This document shows positions 8,834-18,822 of a stretch of 64,000 nucleotides of DNA, in pieces. Numbering within the stretch: position 1 is the first letter of the stretch; each line of letters opens with the position of its first letter. The notes under the pieces are model-generated. The model had not been told where the DNA came from. It did no database searches and worked only from the letters and a program-made list of their open reading frames with translations. The position numbers were made by a program, and so were the translations under genes. This stretch comes from an uncultured Prevotellaceae bacterium (GTDB taxonomy: Bacteria > Bacteroidota > Bacteroidia > Bacteroidales > Bacteroidaceae): assembly GCA_902784065.1 (NCBI GenBank), contig CACZTJ010000032.1, positions 61-64,060 of the forward strand, given 5' to 3'.

Positions 8834-9508
8834 TTATTTGCTATTTGGCTTTCCTTCTTCTACTTTCATTCCTAACTTGTAGAACTTAGAAATCTTTATC
8901 AGGTCTTCAGCTTTTGTTTCGTTGCTGATGTTAGAATAGATATACCAACCATCGACTTCATGCTGCCATACTCGCCCTGGAACAGGTGGACGCTTGTCTT
9001 TACCGACAAGGTTGTAGCCGCCATGTTCAATGCCCACTTTCGAAATGCGGTCAAGGCCAACCTTGCGGAGTGCATCCACGAATGTATTGATAGCGGCTTT
9101 ATGCCAGATTACAGTACCATCAGGGAAAGTTACACGCAACCCCTTCGTTGGATTCTCTATGTGTTTTGTTGGCACATGAGGCTCAACGGATGCTGGTTTC
9201 TCAGAACTTGATACAGGTTTACTTGACTTTGGGGTTAAAGTCTTTGCGTCAATAATCTCACTAATCTTTGTTTTACGTGAGAGTGCAACGCTAAGAGGTT
9301 CGCCTGGATGATACTCTACCACAAGAACAAGATCACGCTGAATCTCGCTCAGTTGCGGTTCGATATTCTGGCTGAGTGCAGGCAGAATCTCTTCTTTGAT
9401 TATTTTCTCTTCGAGGTTATCTGCCGCTTTCAGCAATTTGTCATCCACAGGAAGATTCATGTCCCTAAGTGACTTCAATGTCGTGTATAATTCTTTAAGT
9501 GTAGCCAT
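8834..9508 (-). CDS. Hypothetical protein associated with the restriction locus
   Basis: 224-aa ORF directly downstream of the MTase; C-terminal LRVTFPDGTVI...SN..K domain. Confidence 0.65.
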   Translation of the reverse strand: MATLKELYTTLKSLRDMNLPVDDKLLKAADNLEEKIIKEEILPALSQNIEPQLSEIQRDLVLVVEYHPGEPLSVALSRKTKISEIIDAKTLTPKSSKPVSSSEKPASVEPHVPTKHIENPTKGLRVTFPDGTVIWHKAAINTFVDALRKVGLDRISKVGIEHGGYNLVGKDKRPPVPGRVWQHEVDGWYIYSNISNETKAEDLIKISKFYKLGMKVEEGKPNSK

Positions 9509-9545
9509 TGTTTTATTGTCGATAATGTATTGCTAGGGTTGAACA

Positions 9546-12500
9546 TTACACAATAGTTGAAGGCTCAACATTATAGAGCTCAAATACTTTTTGATCAATG
9601 GTAGACTTTAATATCTGTGCTGTATCAACATCTCCTTTACTTGTTGCCAATATGGTTTTTGTAACCAATTCTTCCATTTCTGCTTTCTGTTCTGCTGATG
9701 GTATCACAATAGGCAGAGGTTTAAGTTTTTCCAACTTAACTTGGGGAAACACACGCCCCCCTTCTTTCACATTCTGTTCGTAAAGATATCTCAGATATTT
9801 AGAATTCAACAAACCGCAAAGATACTTGTATGATACTTTTGCTACAAACGCATCTTTTATAATACCTGCCTGAATAGTATTGCCAAAGAAGATATTTTGG
9901 TCTAACACTGTACCAATTACATAAGGAGCGGTTTGCCTCCAGATTAGTTTTATCGGCTGCCCCATTATCTCTTGGTTGTAGTACGTAGTTTCGTTATCTC
10001 TTAGAACAGACTTATAATTATGTCTAAGCATCTTAGAAGGCGAACTTGAATAGTAATATTCATTTATCTCTTTACCAATTAAAATGGGTATATCTCTTGG
10101 ATCTTCAAGGACATCAGCTTTATAAAACAATCTGTCAGGTAAGTCGTTCTTTCCTTTTTGTGAGAGACCAACATTCTGACGCTGATACTTAAAACCAGCA
10201 TCTTTCATAAGTAAAACATCTTCTAACGGAACAGTTTCACAATCAAGTTTAACAATGTTCTCGATGAAAATATTGTTAACAGTAGAATTCCAATCAATTT
10301 GATCTATATTAGTGAAACAAATAGAGCTTAATACTTCGTTCGCATTTTCATTCTTGATAATCTTTGTAAGATCTGCAAATGATACTATACCTTGTACGTC
10401 GCAATTCCTTATCATTGAAACAGCAACTGGGACAACGGCCTCTTCAAAAATATTCTCACCAAGATCAAGTACCTGAATTATTTGTTTCTCTAATAATACA
10501 CGTCTTAAATCACCATATCTTGGTTGACGCAAGAAAGTGCTTGGAGTTATATAACAAAGTATTCCATTGTTTGTTAACTTGTTTATGAAACAATCATAAA
10601 AATACTTATAAATATCTTTGTAACCGTGTGATGTTTTTGGATATAATGCACCATAAACATCTACCATATCGTCGATATTTGCACCATAAGGAGGATTTCC
10701 AATCACTATATCGAATCCTCCATTGTCAAATACTTCTTTGAAGTAAATGTGCCAAAGAAAGAATTTGTCGTTAGGAATAGGCAATTTTTCTATTTTGCGT
10801 TGAACGTCAGGAGTACAGCCCTTAAGGTTGATGATGTAACTGCGAACATTTTCATTGATAATGCCTCGCAGATTGACCTTGGAATTGTGATCATCAGTCA
10901 AATAATACTCCTTTATTGCGTGCTGAATATTGTCAAGAGCATACTTTTCATCAAATGCTAATGTTGCTTGCCAAGATTGACCCCCTTTTGTTTTCTTTTT
11001 CTTCTGCTCATTAAGAGACATGCCAGAAAGGACAACGCCTTCATATTGTTCTAGAAGAGAGTTACCCTGCATAATTTTGAAGTCCATATTAGGCAAAGCA
11101 TGAGGATTCTTTTCATCTACAATAAGAGCAAGCCAGAAACGAAGACGAGCAATATCCACGGCACCCTTCTCAATATCCACACCATAGATATTGTTCTGTA
11201 TGATATGAGTCTTGATGCTTACAGCTATTTCATCATCAATTCCTTCGATTGCCTTTCGGCAAGCATAAAGTTCACGGAGCATACCCATAGGGAATGCACC
11301 CGATCCGATGGCAGGGTCACATATCTTGACATCTTTAAGTTTCTGGTCAACAGATTCTTTCAATTCCTCAGATAGTACAGCTGCATCGTATGTCGTTACA
11401 AACTGTCGAATAGCATCTTTAATTTGTTCATCATTGACATTCGTCTGAAGATAAGCAATCAGAGACTCACGGCACATATACTGAACTATTTCCTTTGGAG
11501 TATAGAATGCGCCCTTATCCTTATTGTCTTCAAGCAAGTTCTCAAATATGCGACCAAGCATTTCTGGGTCAACTCCAATCTCTGCATCATCAGGATCATT
11601 TTCATCAATGGTGAAGTTGTATGACGCAAAAAAATCGAGCAAGTTCTTCATAAACTTGGCTGGCAATGGGAAATTGGTCATATCGTAGTCATCCTTCTCA
11701 AAGAGCCCACCATTGAGATATGGAATCTTGATACCTGAACCAACATTCGGACTGCTTGTAATATCGCCTTGACGCTTAGTATTGATGTCATTGAAAAGTG
11801 GTTCGAGAACATCGTCAACAAAGGTGTTCTTGTGTGCTGTATTGGCGAAAAGGTTCTGAACGAACTCTTTATCACCATCATTCCAAGACTCTCCAGCAGA
11901 GCATCCCATCCATCCCTTCTTTTGAAGGAACTGTATGAATACTAATCTACCCATGAGTTTCTTTACATAATCACGTACAGCCTTTTCTGAGTCAGGAAAC
12001 TGGCAGAACTCCTGCATAATCTCACGACATGGTTGTCCAGTAACCTGTTCTTCCCACTTATTTGCCACTTTGACCATACGCTTGCCTGTGATGAACTCAA
12101 TGATCAAGGGCACTTTTTTTGAGATCTTCAAATTGCATTATTGCAGTACGAGAACGATGACCTTCACCCAAAAGATAGGTAAACCTTTTAGTATCAGTGC
12201 TTTCTTTTGTTAACGAACCATCTTCAGCAAAAGCAAAGGATTCACTGACATAAGAGAATCGTAATACGGCCTCATTCTGACGGAAGCAGAACATAAAGGC
12301 ACCAGAACATCCCATTCCTCGCCAACTGCTCAATAGTAGATTTCTTATGCCTGCTCGATTTCTCTCAATGATGACACTATCGCTAAGTTCTACTTCGTAG
12401 ATGGCAATAACATGACCATCAGGCAAAGTGATCTTACCTGTATAGAGGGCTCTTTTAGCCATATCCTTGTCAACGGGAACTGGCTGTGGCTGTTGCCAGA

Positions 12501-12588
12501 ATTGGACTTTATTGCGAAAAATATCGTAGAGAAGAGCTTGCCAATTCTCGCGGTTATATTTTGATTCAATAACTGAACGGTAATCCAT
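9546..12588 (-). CDS. Type IIG/Eco57I-like N6-adenine DNA methyltransferase with C-terminal TRD, split at ~12100 into ORFs 12097..12588 and 9546..12131
   Basis: GAFYTPKEIV, DPAIGSGAF (motif I), IGNPPY (motif IV); N-terminal part KRFTYLLGEG in another frame. Confidence 0.85.
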
Positions 12589-12596
12589 ATCTTGTT

Positions 12597-15500
12597 TTAT
12601 TTAAATGATTCACATAAAATAATATCTGCTTCAGTCTCAGTTTCATGCTTTAGCTCTTCATTGCTAAGGTAGTAAGCATTGTACTTCTTTGCCATGTCAA
12701 TGATTTGAGAAAGGGCATCATCATGTTTTAGTTTTCCACGAGTCATTTCTTTTTGCATACGTTGTAAACGCTTAGCAATGACAGTAATGACGCCTCGTTC
12801 TGCAAGGACACGAAGTTGAACTACTTGCTGATATATGGCTTGGTCTTGAATCTCTGGCAAAAATAAATTCAGCAAGTTTGCAGCCATACCGACCTGGGCA
12901 CCCATGGCAGAACCTGCCTGTTGTGTCATTGTCTCTTCCTCAACTTGCTCCTGATTACGCAGCTGACGGAACTTTTCTAGTGCTTTCAGTACGTGATCAT
13001 GATGATGTTCTATTCGTTTAACTTTCTCTTCGGCTGTATCTGCTTTGAAATATTTGAGAGCATCGACAACAGACAATTCTTCTATTGACTCATCACTAGA
13101 ACGGAAGAAACTCTTTCTCATATTAGTTTTGAGAAATACCAGTGTATCTTGTGACAATTGTACACCATCTATTTCACGAGGTTCACGACCAGTACGGCTA
13201 CGAAGTGACATCTTTGCTATACGGTTATATTCTCGACGGTCATTGAGATAGAGTGAGCGAAGTTCCTCATAGAAAGGAATTTCCTCATTAAACTCTCCTT
13301 CCTCAGCCTTCATTCCTTCTGTAAACAACTTCTCCAGATTGCGGTCAATGATTTCTTCCTGTGAATAAATCTGATTGTCCTCTCCAAATGTAGAGTGGAA
13401 TGTTTGAATCTTTGAAAGTGCTATCTGGTTCAACTTGATAATCTGATTACCTTGACGAGAAGGATAGAACACATAGTTGTAAATGTTCTTTCCTTCGGAA
13501 CCAATACGATTCACACGACCGATACGCTGCATCAGTTTTGTCGAGTTCCAAGGTGTATCATAGTTGATGATGATATTTGAACGATGCAAGTTCACACCTT
13601 CAGCCAATACATCTGTTGTTATAATGATGTTATAATCATTTTTGCGAGCACTTTTCTTGTAGTTAGCATCAAAGTTCTCTTGAATTGTCTGGAAGAGTTT
13701 ATTTCGATTCCCAGAAGAGATAACCAAAACATCTTTTCGGTTAATTCTACGTTCAAGATATTCAACAGTATCAACAGATTCAGAGAAGATGACTAATTTC
13801 TGTCCTGGATTGCGGTCTTTTTTGAAAAGTTCATGTTTCAGGATGTCGTTGAACTTGGCAAACTTGGAATCATCAGCTCCTTCTACGTCAACGGTGTCCC
13901 AATCAGCGCACAATGCTTCGAGAACACGTTGGTCAGCTTGCAGCATTTCAATAAACTCTGGCTCGAAATCCTCTGCCTTGAAAACTGCATTTTTCGGATT
14001 TTCCTCAGCCTTCTGATTCAGACGTTCTTCTATTTCGTCATCATCAAGACCAAGGTCATAAAGGTGGTTGATGTCAAGATCTGGAGCGATAAACACACGG
14101 TCATTTTCGAACATTCGTATCATGTTCATATTAGCATCACGGAATCTGCCGATGGAAGTCTTAAAGGCATAGAAACTGCTTTCCAATCGTTTTACCAATC
14201 CATTCTTGCGAATACTTGCCAAGCTGCGAGAAATCAATTCCGCATTATCATAGAGTCCTTCGCTCTTTTCTGGTAGCAAGTATGCAATAGCCTGATAACG
14301 TGCATAAGTCAAATCCTTTACCAAGGTATTCATTGCAGCTTCAAACATATCGGCTATACGATCATTCATCTCATAGGTTTTCATCTCAGGCGGAGCAACC
14401 TTTGGGAATCCCTGAACATCTTTGTAATAACGAGGAATGGCCTCAATGTCTGTACGTGTACGGCGCACGGTAATCGGTTTGATTACGCGGTCACGGACTT
14501 TCTCTGCAAGATCCTTGAATTTTTTCAGGTCGTAGTTGGGGTCACGACGTAATTTCTTGAACTCAACAATCAGTGGGCTAAAGAAGGAAGTCAAATTTGG
14601 TACTCCCTCAATTGTACAACACCGTGGGTCCTGGAAAAGTAGAATCTCGTTATAAAGATCTGCTGGTGTATTATTCATTGGAGTTGCTGAAATGAGCATA
14701 ACCTTCTTCTTGAATCCTGGAATGTTTCCAGTTTCAATTCTAGGCATTTTACAAATTTCCTGTAACTCTGTAAATGCTGAATTGGTATGTGTACGGAATT
14801 TATGCGCCTCGTCAACAAGGACAAGGTCATATTCATCAGCATTCCAATAATCATAGTTGTCTTCATCAAGCACCTTCTTTAGGCTGCCGTTACTAATGAA
14901 GCGTGTATATTTGTCAAGCCCAAAATCCTTGAATGTCTGTTTCCAGTTTTGCTCAACAGCAGGAGGATATACAACAAGAATCTTTGTGTTCTCATAACCA
15001 TTGTCGATACAGAACTGCTTTGCTATCATTGTAGCGATTACAGTTTTACCAAGACCCACAACATCAGCAAGGAAGAAACCATCATACTTTAACAATTTCT
15101 TGTAACCTTCAACAACAGCATCCGTCTGGTATTCATATTTGTCATAACCCTCTGGCATGTCAAAGGCATCATGAGCATCCGTTGCGAGAACTCTATCAGA
15201 GAAATACTCCATGAGCATCTTTATGTAAAGTTCGTATGGAGTTACATCACCATTCAAATAGGTTTGCTGAATCGGACCTGCTTTTATATCCTCTGCCGTA
15301 ATAGGACAGCCTTCTGCTTCTTTCCAAAGTTCTTCAAATTCATCTTTGGCAAACTTTACATCCTCATAATCCGTAAGCTTAACGTTAAACTCGTATTGCT
15401 TTTCTTGGCTAATGCCTAAACCATTACCGCTTAGATTGCTTGAACCAGTGATTGCTGCACCGAATGTATATTCATTGTAATCCTCAGGATATAGGAGATA

Positions 15501-15908
15501 TATCTTTGCATGGATTTTCTTGCTAGGATGAGCTCGAAGTTCCAATTTCCCATTGACAAGGTCTTCTACTAATTGAAAGATACCTTCCTCAACATTTTTA
15601 GAATAATTTGAGTGTTCAATATCTTTTCGAAGTTGTGCGAGATAATCTTGCTTGACTTCCTCTTCTGCACCAAAGAACAATTGTCCCTTGTTGTGTGCAT
15701 TGGCGATGTACTTATCTACATCTATACCAATGAGGATGCGAACTTTATTGATACTGTTGAGAAATGGGCGAAGCGTAAAATATCCAGATGCTCGCAGAAA
15801 CCCTACGACAGAATCCAAACATTTGATAGATGAATTGTGTTCGAGCAAGCCCTCGAACTCTTTCATAAGCGTATTGCCCTCTCGATTAGTAAAGAACCTT
15901 TTTGCCAT
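12597..15908 (-). CDS. PLD-nuclease domain + SNF2-family helicase
   Basis: HAKIY...GSSNLS (PLD), LADVVGLGKT, DEAH, SAT, QRIGRVNRIG. Confidence 0.9.
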   Translation of the reverse strand: MAKRFFTNREGNTLMKEFEGLLEHNSSIKCLDSVVGFLRASGYFTLRPFLNSINKVRILIGIDVDKYIANAHNKGQLFFGAEEEVKQDYLAQLRKDIEHSNYSKNVEEGIFQLVEDLVNGKLELRAHPSKKIHAKIYLLYPEDYNEYTFGAAITGSSNLSGNGLGISQEKQYEFNVKLTDYEDVKFAKDEFEELWKEAEGCPITAEDIKAGPIQQTYLNGDVTPYELYIKMLMEYFSDRVLATDAHDAFDMPEGYDKYEYQTDAVVEGYKKLLKYDGFFLADVVGLGKTVIATMIAKQFCIDNGYENTKILVVYPPAVEQNWKQTFKDFGLDKYTRFISNGSLKKVLDEDNYDYWNADEYDLVLVDEAHKFRTHTNSAFTELQEICKMPRIETGNIPGFKKKVMLISATPMNNTPADLYNEILLFQDPRCCTIEGVPNLTSFFSPLIVEFKKLRRDPNYDLKKFKDLAEKVRDRVIKPITVRRTRTDIEAIPRYYKDVQGFPKVAPPEMKTYEMNDRIADMFEAAMNTLVKDLTYARYQAIAYLLPEKSEGLYDNAELISRSLASIRKNGLVKRLESSFYAFKTSIGRFRDANMNMIRMFENDRVFIAPDLDINHLYDLGLDDDEIEERLNQKAEENPKNAVFKAEDFEPEFIEMLQADQRVLEALCADWDTVDVEGADDSKFAKFNDILKHELFKKDRNPGQKLVIFSESVDTVEYLERRINRKDVLVISSGNRNKLFQTIQENFDANYKKSARKNDYNIIITTDVLAEGVNLHRSNIIINYDTPWNSTKLMQRIGRVNRIGSEGKNIYNYVFYPSRQGNQIIKLNQIALSKIQTFHSTFGEDNQIYSQEEIIDRNLEKLFTEGMKAEEGEFNEEIPFYEELRSLYLNDRREYNRIAKMSLRSRTGREPREIDGVQLSQDTLVFLKTNMRKSFFRSSDESIEELSVVDALKYFKADTAEEKVKRIEHHHDHVLKALEKFRQLRNQEQVEEETMTQQAGSAMGAQVGMAANLLNLFLPEIQDQAIYQQVVQLRVLAERGVITVIAKRLQRMQKEMTRGKLKHDDALSQIIDMAKKYNAYYLSNEELKHETETEADIILCESFK

Positions 15909-15910
15909 AG

Positions 15911-16156
15911 CTATTTTTTATTTGTTTTATCACTTTTAACTACTGGATCAGGCATCGCTTCCAAACGAACAAGATCGTTCATCTCAACATTCAGAAGTTT
16001 TGCTATCCTCATCATCATTTCTAATGAAGGCTGACTAACATTGGTACACCATTTGCTTATTGTAGCTGGATCTTTGCCTAATTGCTCAGCCAACCACTTA
16101 TTAGTTTTACCTTGATCAACCAATGCTGTTTTTATTCTGTTCAACTTTCTTTCCAT
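15911..16156 (-). CDS. XRE-family HTH regulator
   Basis: NRIK..L...GKTNKWLAEQLGKDPATISKWCTNVSQPSLE. Confidence 0.9.
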   Translation of the reverse strand: MERKLNRIKTALVDQGKTNKWLAEQLGKDPATISKWCTNVSQPSLEMMMRIAKLLNVEMNDLVRLEAMPDPVVKSDKTNKK

Positions 16157-16515
16157 TGTCTCACATCTTTATATAAAACGGCGTAAAGATACAAATATTA
16201 TTTGATAATATTCCCTTATTCGCAATAAAAATGACGCTTGAATGATGTTTTTCGACATTTTTCACCGATTTTAACGCAAAAGCCGTTGAGATTCCTATTA
16301 TTTTTGATAGAATTTGGGGTGAAGAAAGTTTTATGGGTTTGCACTCTACAAATGTCAAAATCGGAAAATTGCCGTTGTTTTCCACGTTAAGATTTGTTAA
16401 GCAGATGTTTTCATTTTGGGGTTTTTGATATTTTTGTTCCCAATTTGTTCCTTTTGTCGTTTTTGTCGTTTCAATACATCTGTGTATCAGCTACTTATGA
16501 GTAATCAGCAGGTTT

Positions 16516-16571
16516 TGAAGAAGAAGATTATGATAATTTTCTGTTTTCATTCATCATAATCTTCTTCTTCA
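16516..16571. repeat. 19-bp perfect inverted repeat with an 18-nt spacer
   Basis: TGAAGAAGAAGATTATGAT (16516-16534) / ATCATAATCTTCTTCTTCA (16553-16571). Confidence 0.9.
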
Positions 16572-16666
16572 CATCTTATTGCAATGTGCCCATAACGGCA
16601 AAGAAGGCAATGCAGGATGTTGGAGCTTTTGACACATTATCATTTTATCTGCATGAAATATGCATT

Positions 16667-17407
16667 CTACAAAGATTCCCATTTCTCTATTATTTTTTCT
16701 ATTGTTTCTTTATGCATCTTAAGATACTTGCCGGCATCCTCAGTAATTTCATCAACACCATCGCTCTCTAAGCTATTAACGGGCTCTTGTAGGGCATAGG
16801 GTATATCGTTCTTATCGAGGATTTCTTGCAATTCATTAATATAATCCTTTTGGCTATTAATGATGCTCTTAAAATGAAATCCTTTATATATTTTAAGAGG
16901 GAAAGTACTTATCATGGACTCAAGAGTTCCAATAGTAACGTTATTTTTATACTTTTTCAGTTCTTTGTTCTCAGTCTTCAATTGGTTCACTTGGGCGCGT
17001 AATTCTCGTATTACTTCACGTTCTTTACGTGGCTCATAATCACCAATAACCGAATTATCAGTATAACCGTTATCTATAAAAATCTCTTTTAGCCTTATAA
17101 CCTCTGCTTCTAGATGCTTTGCATATTCGGCCAGTTTACCCCATTTCACCTTATCTTTCCTATAGGCATCGATGATATACTTCATCCTAACCTCGTAAGG
17201 GATTTCATCGTCACTCAATATCTCTTTGGAGATCTGGTGCTTACTATCATCCTTTTTTTTCGGACTCCTTGCTTCTATTTCTTCTTGCAAGCGATTTAAT
17301 TCTTCCTTCAGAATTTCCAACTCTTTGTCAGTCAGATCATTCACATCACCACCTGTATAGTACTTAAACTCAAACAAGCCACCTAACGCTGTATAATTCA
17401 CTTTCAT
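16667..17407 (-). CDS. Hypothetical coiled-coil protein
   Basis: 246-aa AT-rich ORF; ATGA overlap with the upstream ORF. Confidence 0.65.
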   Translation of the reverse strand: MKVNYTALGGLFEFKYYTGGDVNDLTDKELEILKEELNRLQEEIEARSPKKKDDSKHQISKEILSDDEIPYEVRMKYIIDAYRKDKVKWGKLAEYAKHLEAEVIRLKEIFIDNGYTDNSVIGDYEPRKEREVIRELRAQVNQLKTENKELKKYKNNVTIGTLESMISTFPLKIYKGFHFKSIINSQKDYINELQEILDKNDIPYALQEPVNSLESDGVDEITEDAGKYLKMHKETIEKIIEKWESL

Positions 17408-17712
17408 AAACCTCTTTTATTATAATAAATTGAATCCTTCACTAATCGACAATTACAATCTGGATCATGCACCACGCTACCTGTTCCTAACAAATCATGC
17501 CCCTTGAACTTGATGTATTGGTGCCCCTTATAAGTAAACTCTTCAGTACGCAGTTTCGCTTCTGCTGATATATGCTTCTCCTTTTCAATTGAATAAGCTG
17601 CATAACCGAATACAACACTTATAACAGCAAAAGCAAATATCATCATACTGACAAATGCCCAATCGGTTTTATTATACCATTTGACTAGTTTCCCTTTTAT
17701 ATTCTTATTCAT
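17404..17712 (-). CDS. Hypothetical single-TM membrane protein
   Basis: One hydrophobic helix followed by FTYKGHQYI...VVHDPDCNC. Confidence 0.65.
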   Translation of the reverse strand: MNKNIKGKLVKWYNKTDWAFVSMMIFAFAVISVVFGYAAYSIEKEKHISAEAKLRTEEFTYKGHQYIKFKGHDLLGTGSVVHDPDCNCRLVKDSIYYNKRGL

Positions 17713-17802
17713 ATATTAACAGCATATATTGTTTTGGGGTGCAAAAATAAGATATTTCGGTATAAACACCAAAACATTTATTCGTATTTAACTCGCTTTA
17801 AC

Positions 17803-17981
17803 TCAATATGTTACATTATAGTTATAATTAAATAAATTAGGTTCACCTGAACCGCTTCGGTCTTTGTCATTTTTGAATATAGTTTTGTCGAAGAGATCTC
17901 TGAGATGCGTTGTGTCAGTGAGTGTCCAGTCGCATATCATGCTGCACAATGGCAACGAGGCAGTAGGCACAGATGGCAGAT
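17803..17981 (-). mobile_element. 3' remnant of an IS4-family transposase
   Basis: SAICAYCLVAIVQHDMRLD and, after a frameshift, LTDTTHLRDLFDKTIFKND match my recollection of Bacteroidales IS4 C-termini. Confidence 0.6.
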
Positions 17982-18003
17982 TCGTCGACGGTAAAGTCTC
18001 CTT

Positions 18004-18165
18004 TGTAATTTTGAACTTGAAGACGGTGCGTTGTTGCCAACACTTGGTGCTCATGAGGCTGGAGCGATTCAGTTTGCCCAAGAGTTTCTGAATGTCACTT
18101 GCCACTATCTCGGTCTGGAAGACTGGTGGTACTTCCCCTCAGCCGAAGATATCGAAGGCTTCTAA
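18004..18165 (+). pseudogene. Orphan 3' gene fragment followed by a terminator-like hairpin
   Basis: Open frame CNFELEDG...WWYFPSAEDIEGF* with no start; hairpin CCCGCTACT..AGTAGTGGG + T-run at ~18194-18227. Confidence 0.35.
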
Positions 18166-18305
18166 GAAACTTTCTTCCGCACATCCGGAAAGGCCCCGCT
18201 ACTATCACAAGTAGTGGGATTCTTTTTCACTTTCGGTCATCGTCTTGATGGGGATAGTATTTAGCATAGGGTTTCGCAGGGATGCGAGCCCTTTTGCTAT
18301 GCATG

Positions 18306-18484
18306 AACTTTCTTCAGTTGACAGTTGACAGTTTATTTGGGGAGAGGTATAAGCGTAACTAATAAATTATATATAATTTATACTACTATATATATAATAT
18401 ATATATTATATATATAGTAAACTTTTGTTTGAGGATTTTATGTGCTCACAAGAAAACTGTCAACTGAAGAAACTGAAGAAAGTT
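18306..18484. other. Origin-like locus: inverted iteron-like arms around AT-rich palindromes
   Basis: Arms with 3x AACTG cores at 18306-18334 and 18454-18484; perfect 20-bp (18362-18381) and 36-bp (18384-18419) palindromes. Confidence 0.6.
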
Positions 18485-18822
18485 TCTATGTTTTTTCAAA
18501 GCGTGCTTTTTTGCGTGTCTTTTTTGAAGAATAATTTGGAATACCTTTGAAAATGTAGTATCTTTGCAGTGTCAAATGAGAGAGGTAGAGACCCGCCTGC
18601 TAAGGATTAAAATTGCGAATATTAAAACTAGAAATTGCGCGCGTAAAAATTAGCAAGATTTTCCTATAATGCGGCTCAGTTGAAGCACTCTCAGGCGAAG
18701 AGATACATAGTATCACTTTCTTTGACAGAGAAGTCGCTTTAGCGCTTTCACAAAGCGTAGCGACTGAAAGAACAAAATAACTAACTATTTAAAATTAACA
18801 AACTACTTAAAAACTTAAAATT

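Noticed and set aside
12097..12131. Programmed frameshift or phase variation at the A7 run in the MTase
   Set aside because: A simple slip would not restore the segment that family consensus suggests is missing (the AFSVE-like region); a deletion fits better, though this is unverified.
16501..16513. GTAATCAGCAGGT, resembling a tRNA-Thr anticodon arm fragment (possible att site)
   Set aside because: Only ~13 nt, no cloverleaf, no second copy and no integrase in the window.
17803..18105. 100-aa ORF as a real gene
   Set aside because: Chimera of an IS remnant and the antisense of a different gene fragment.
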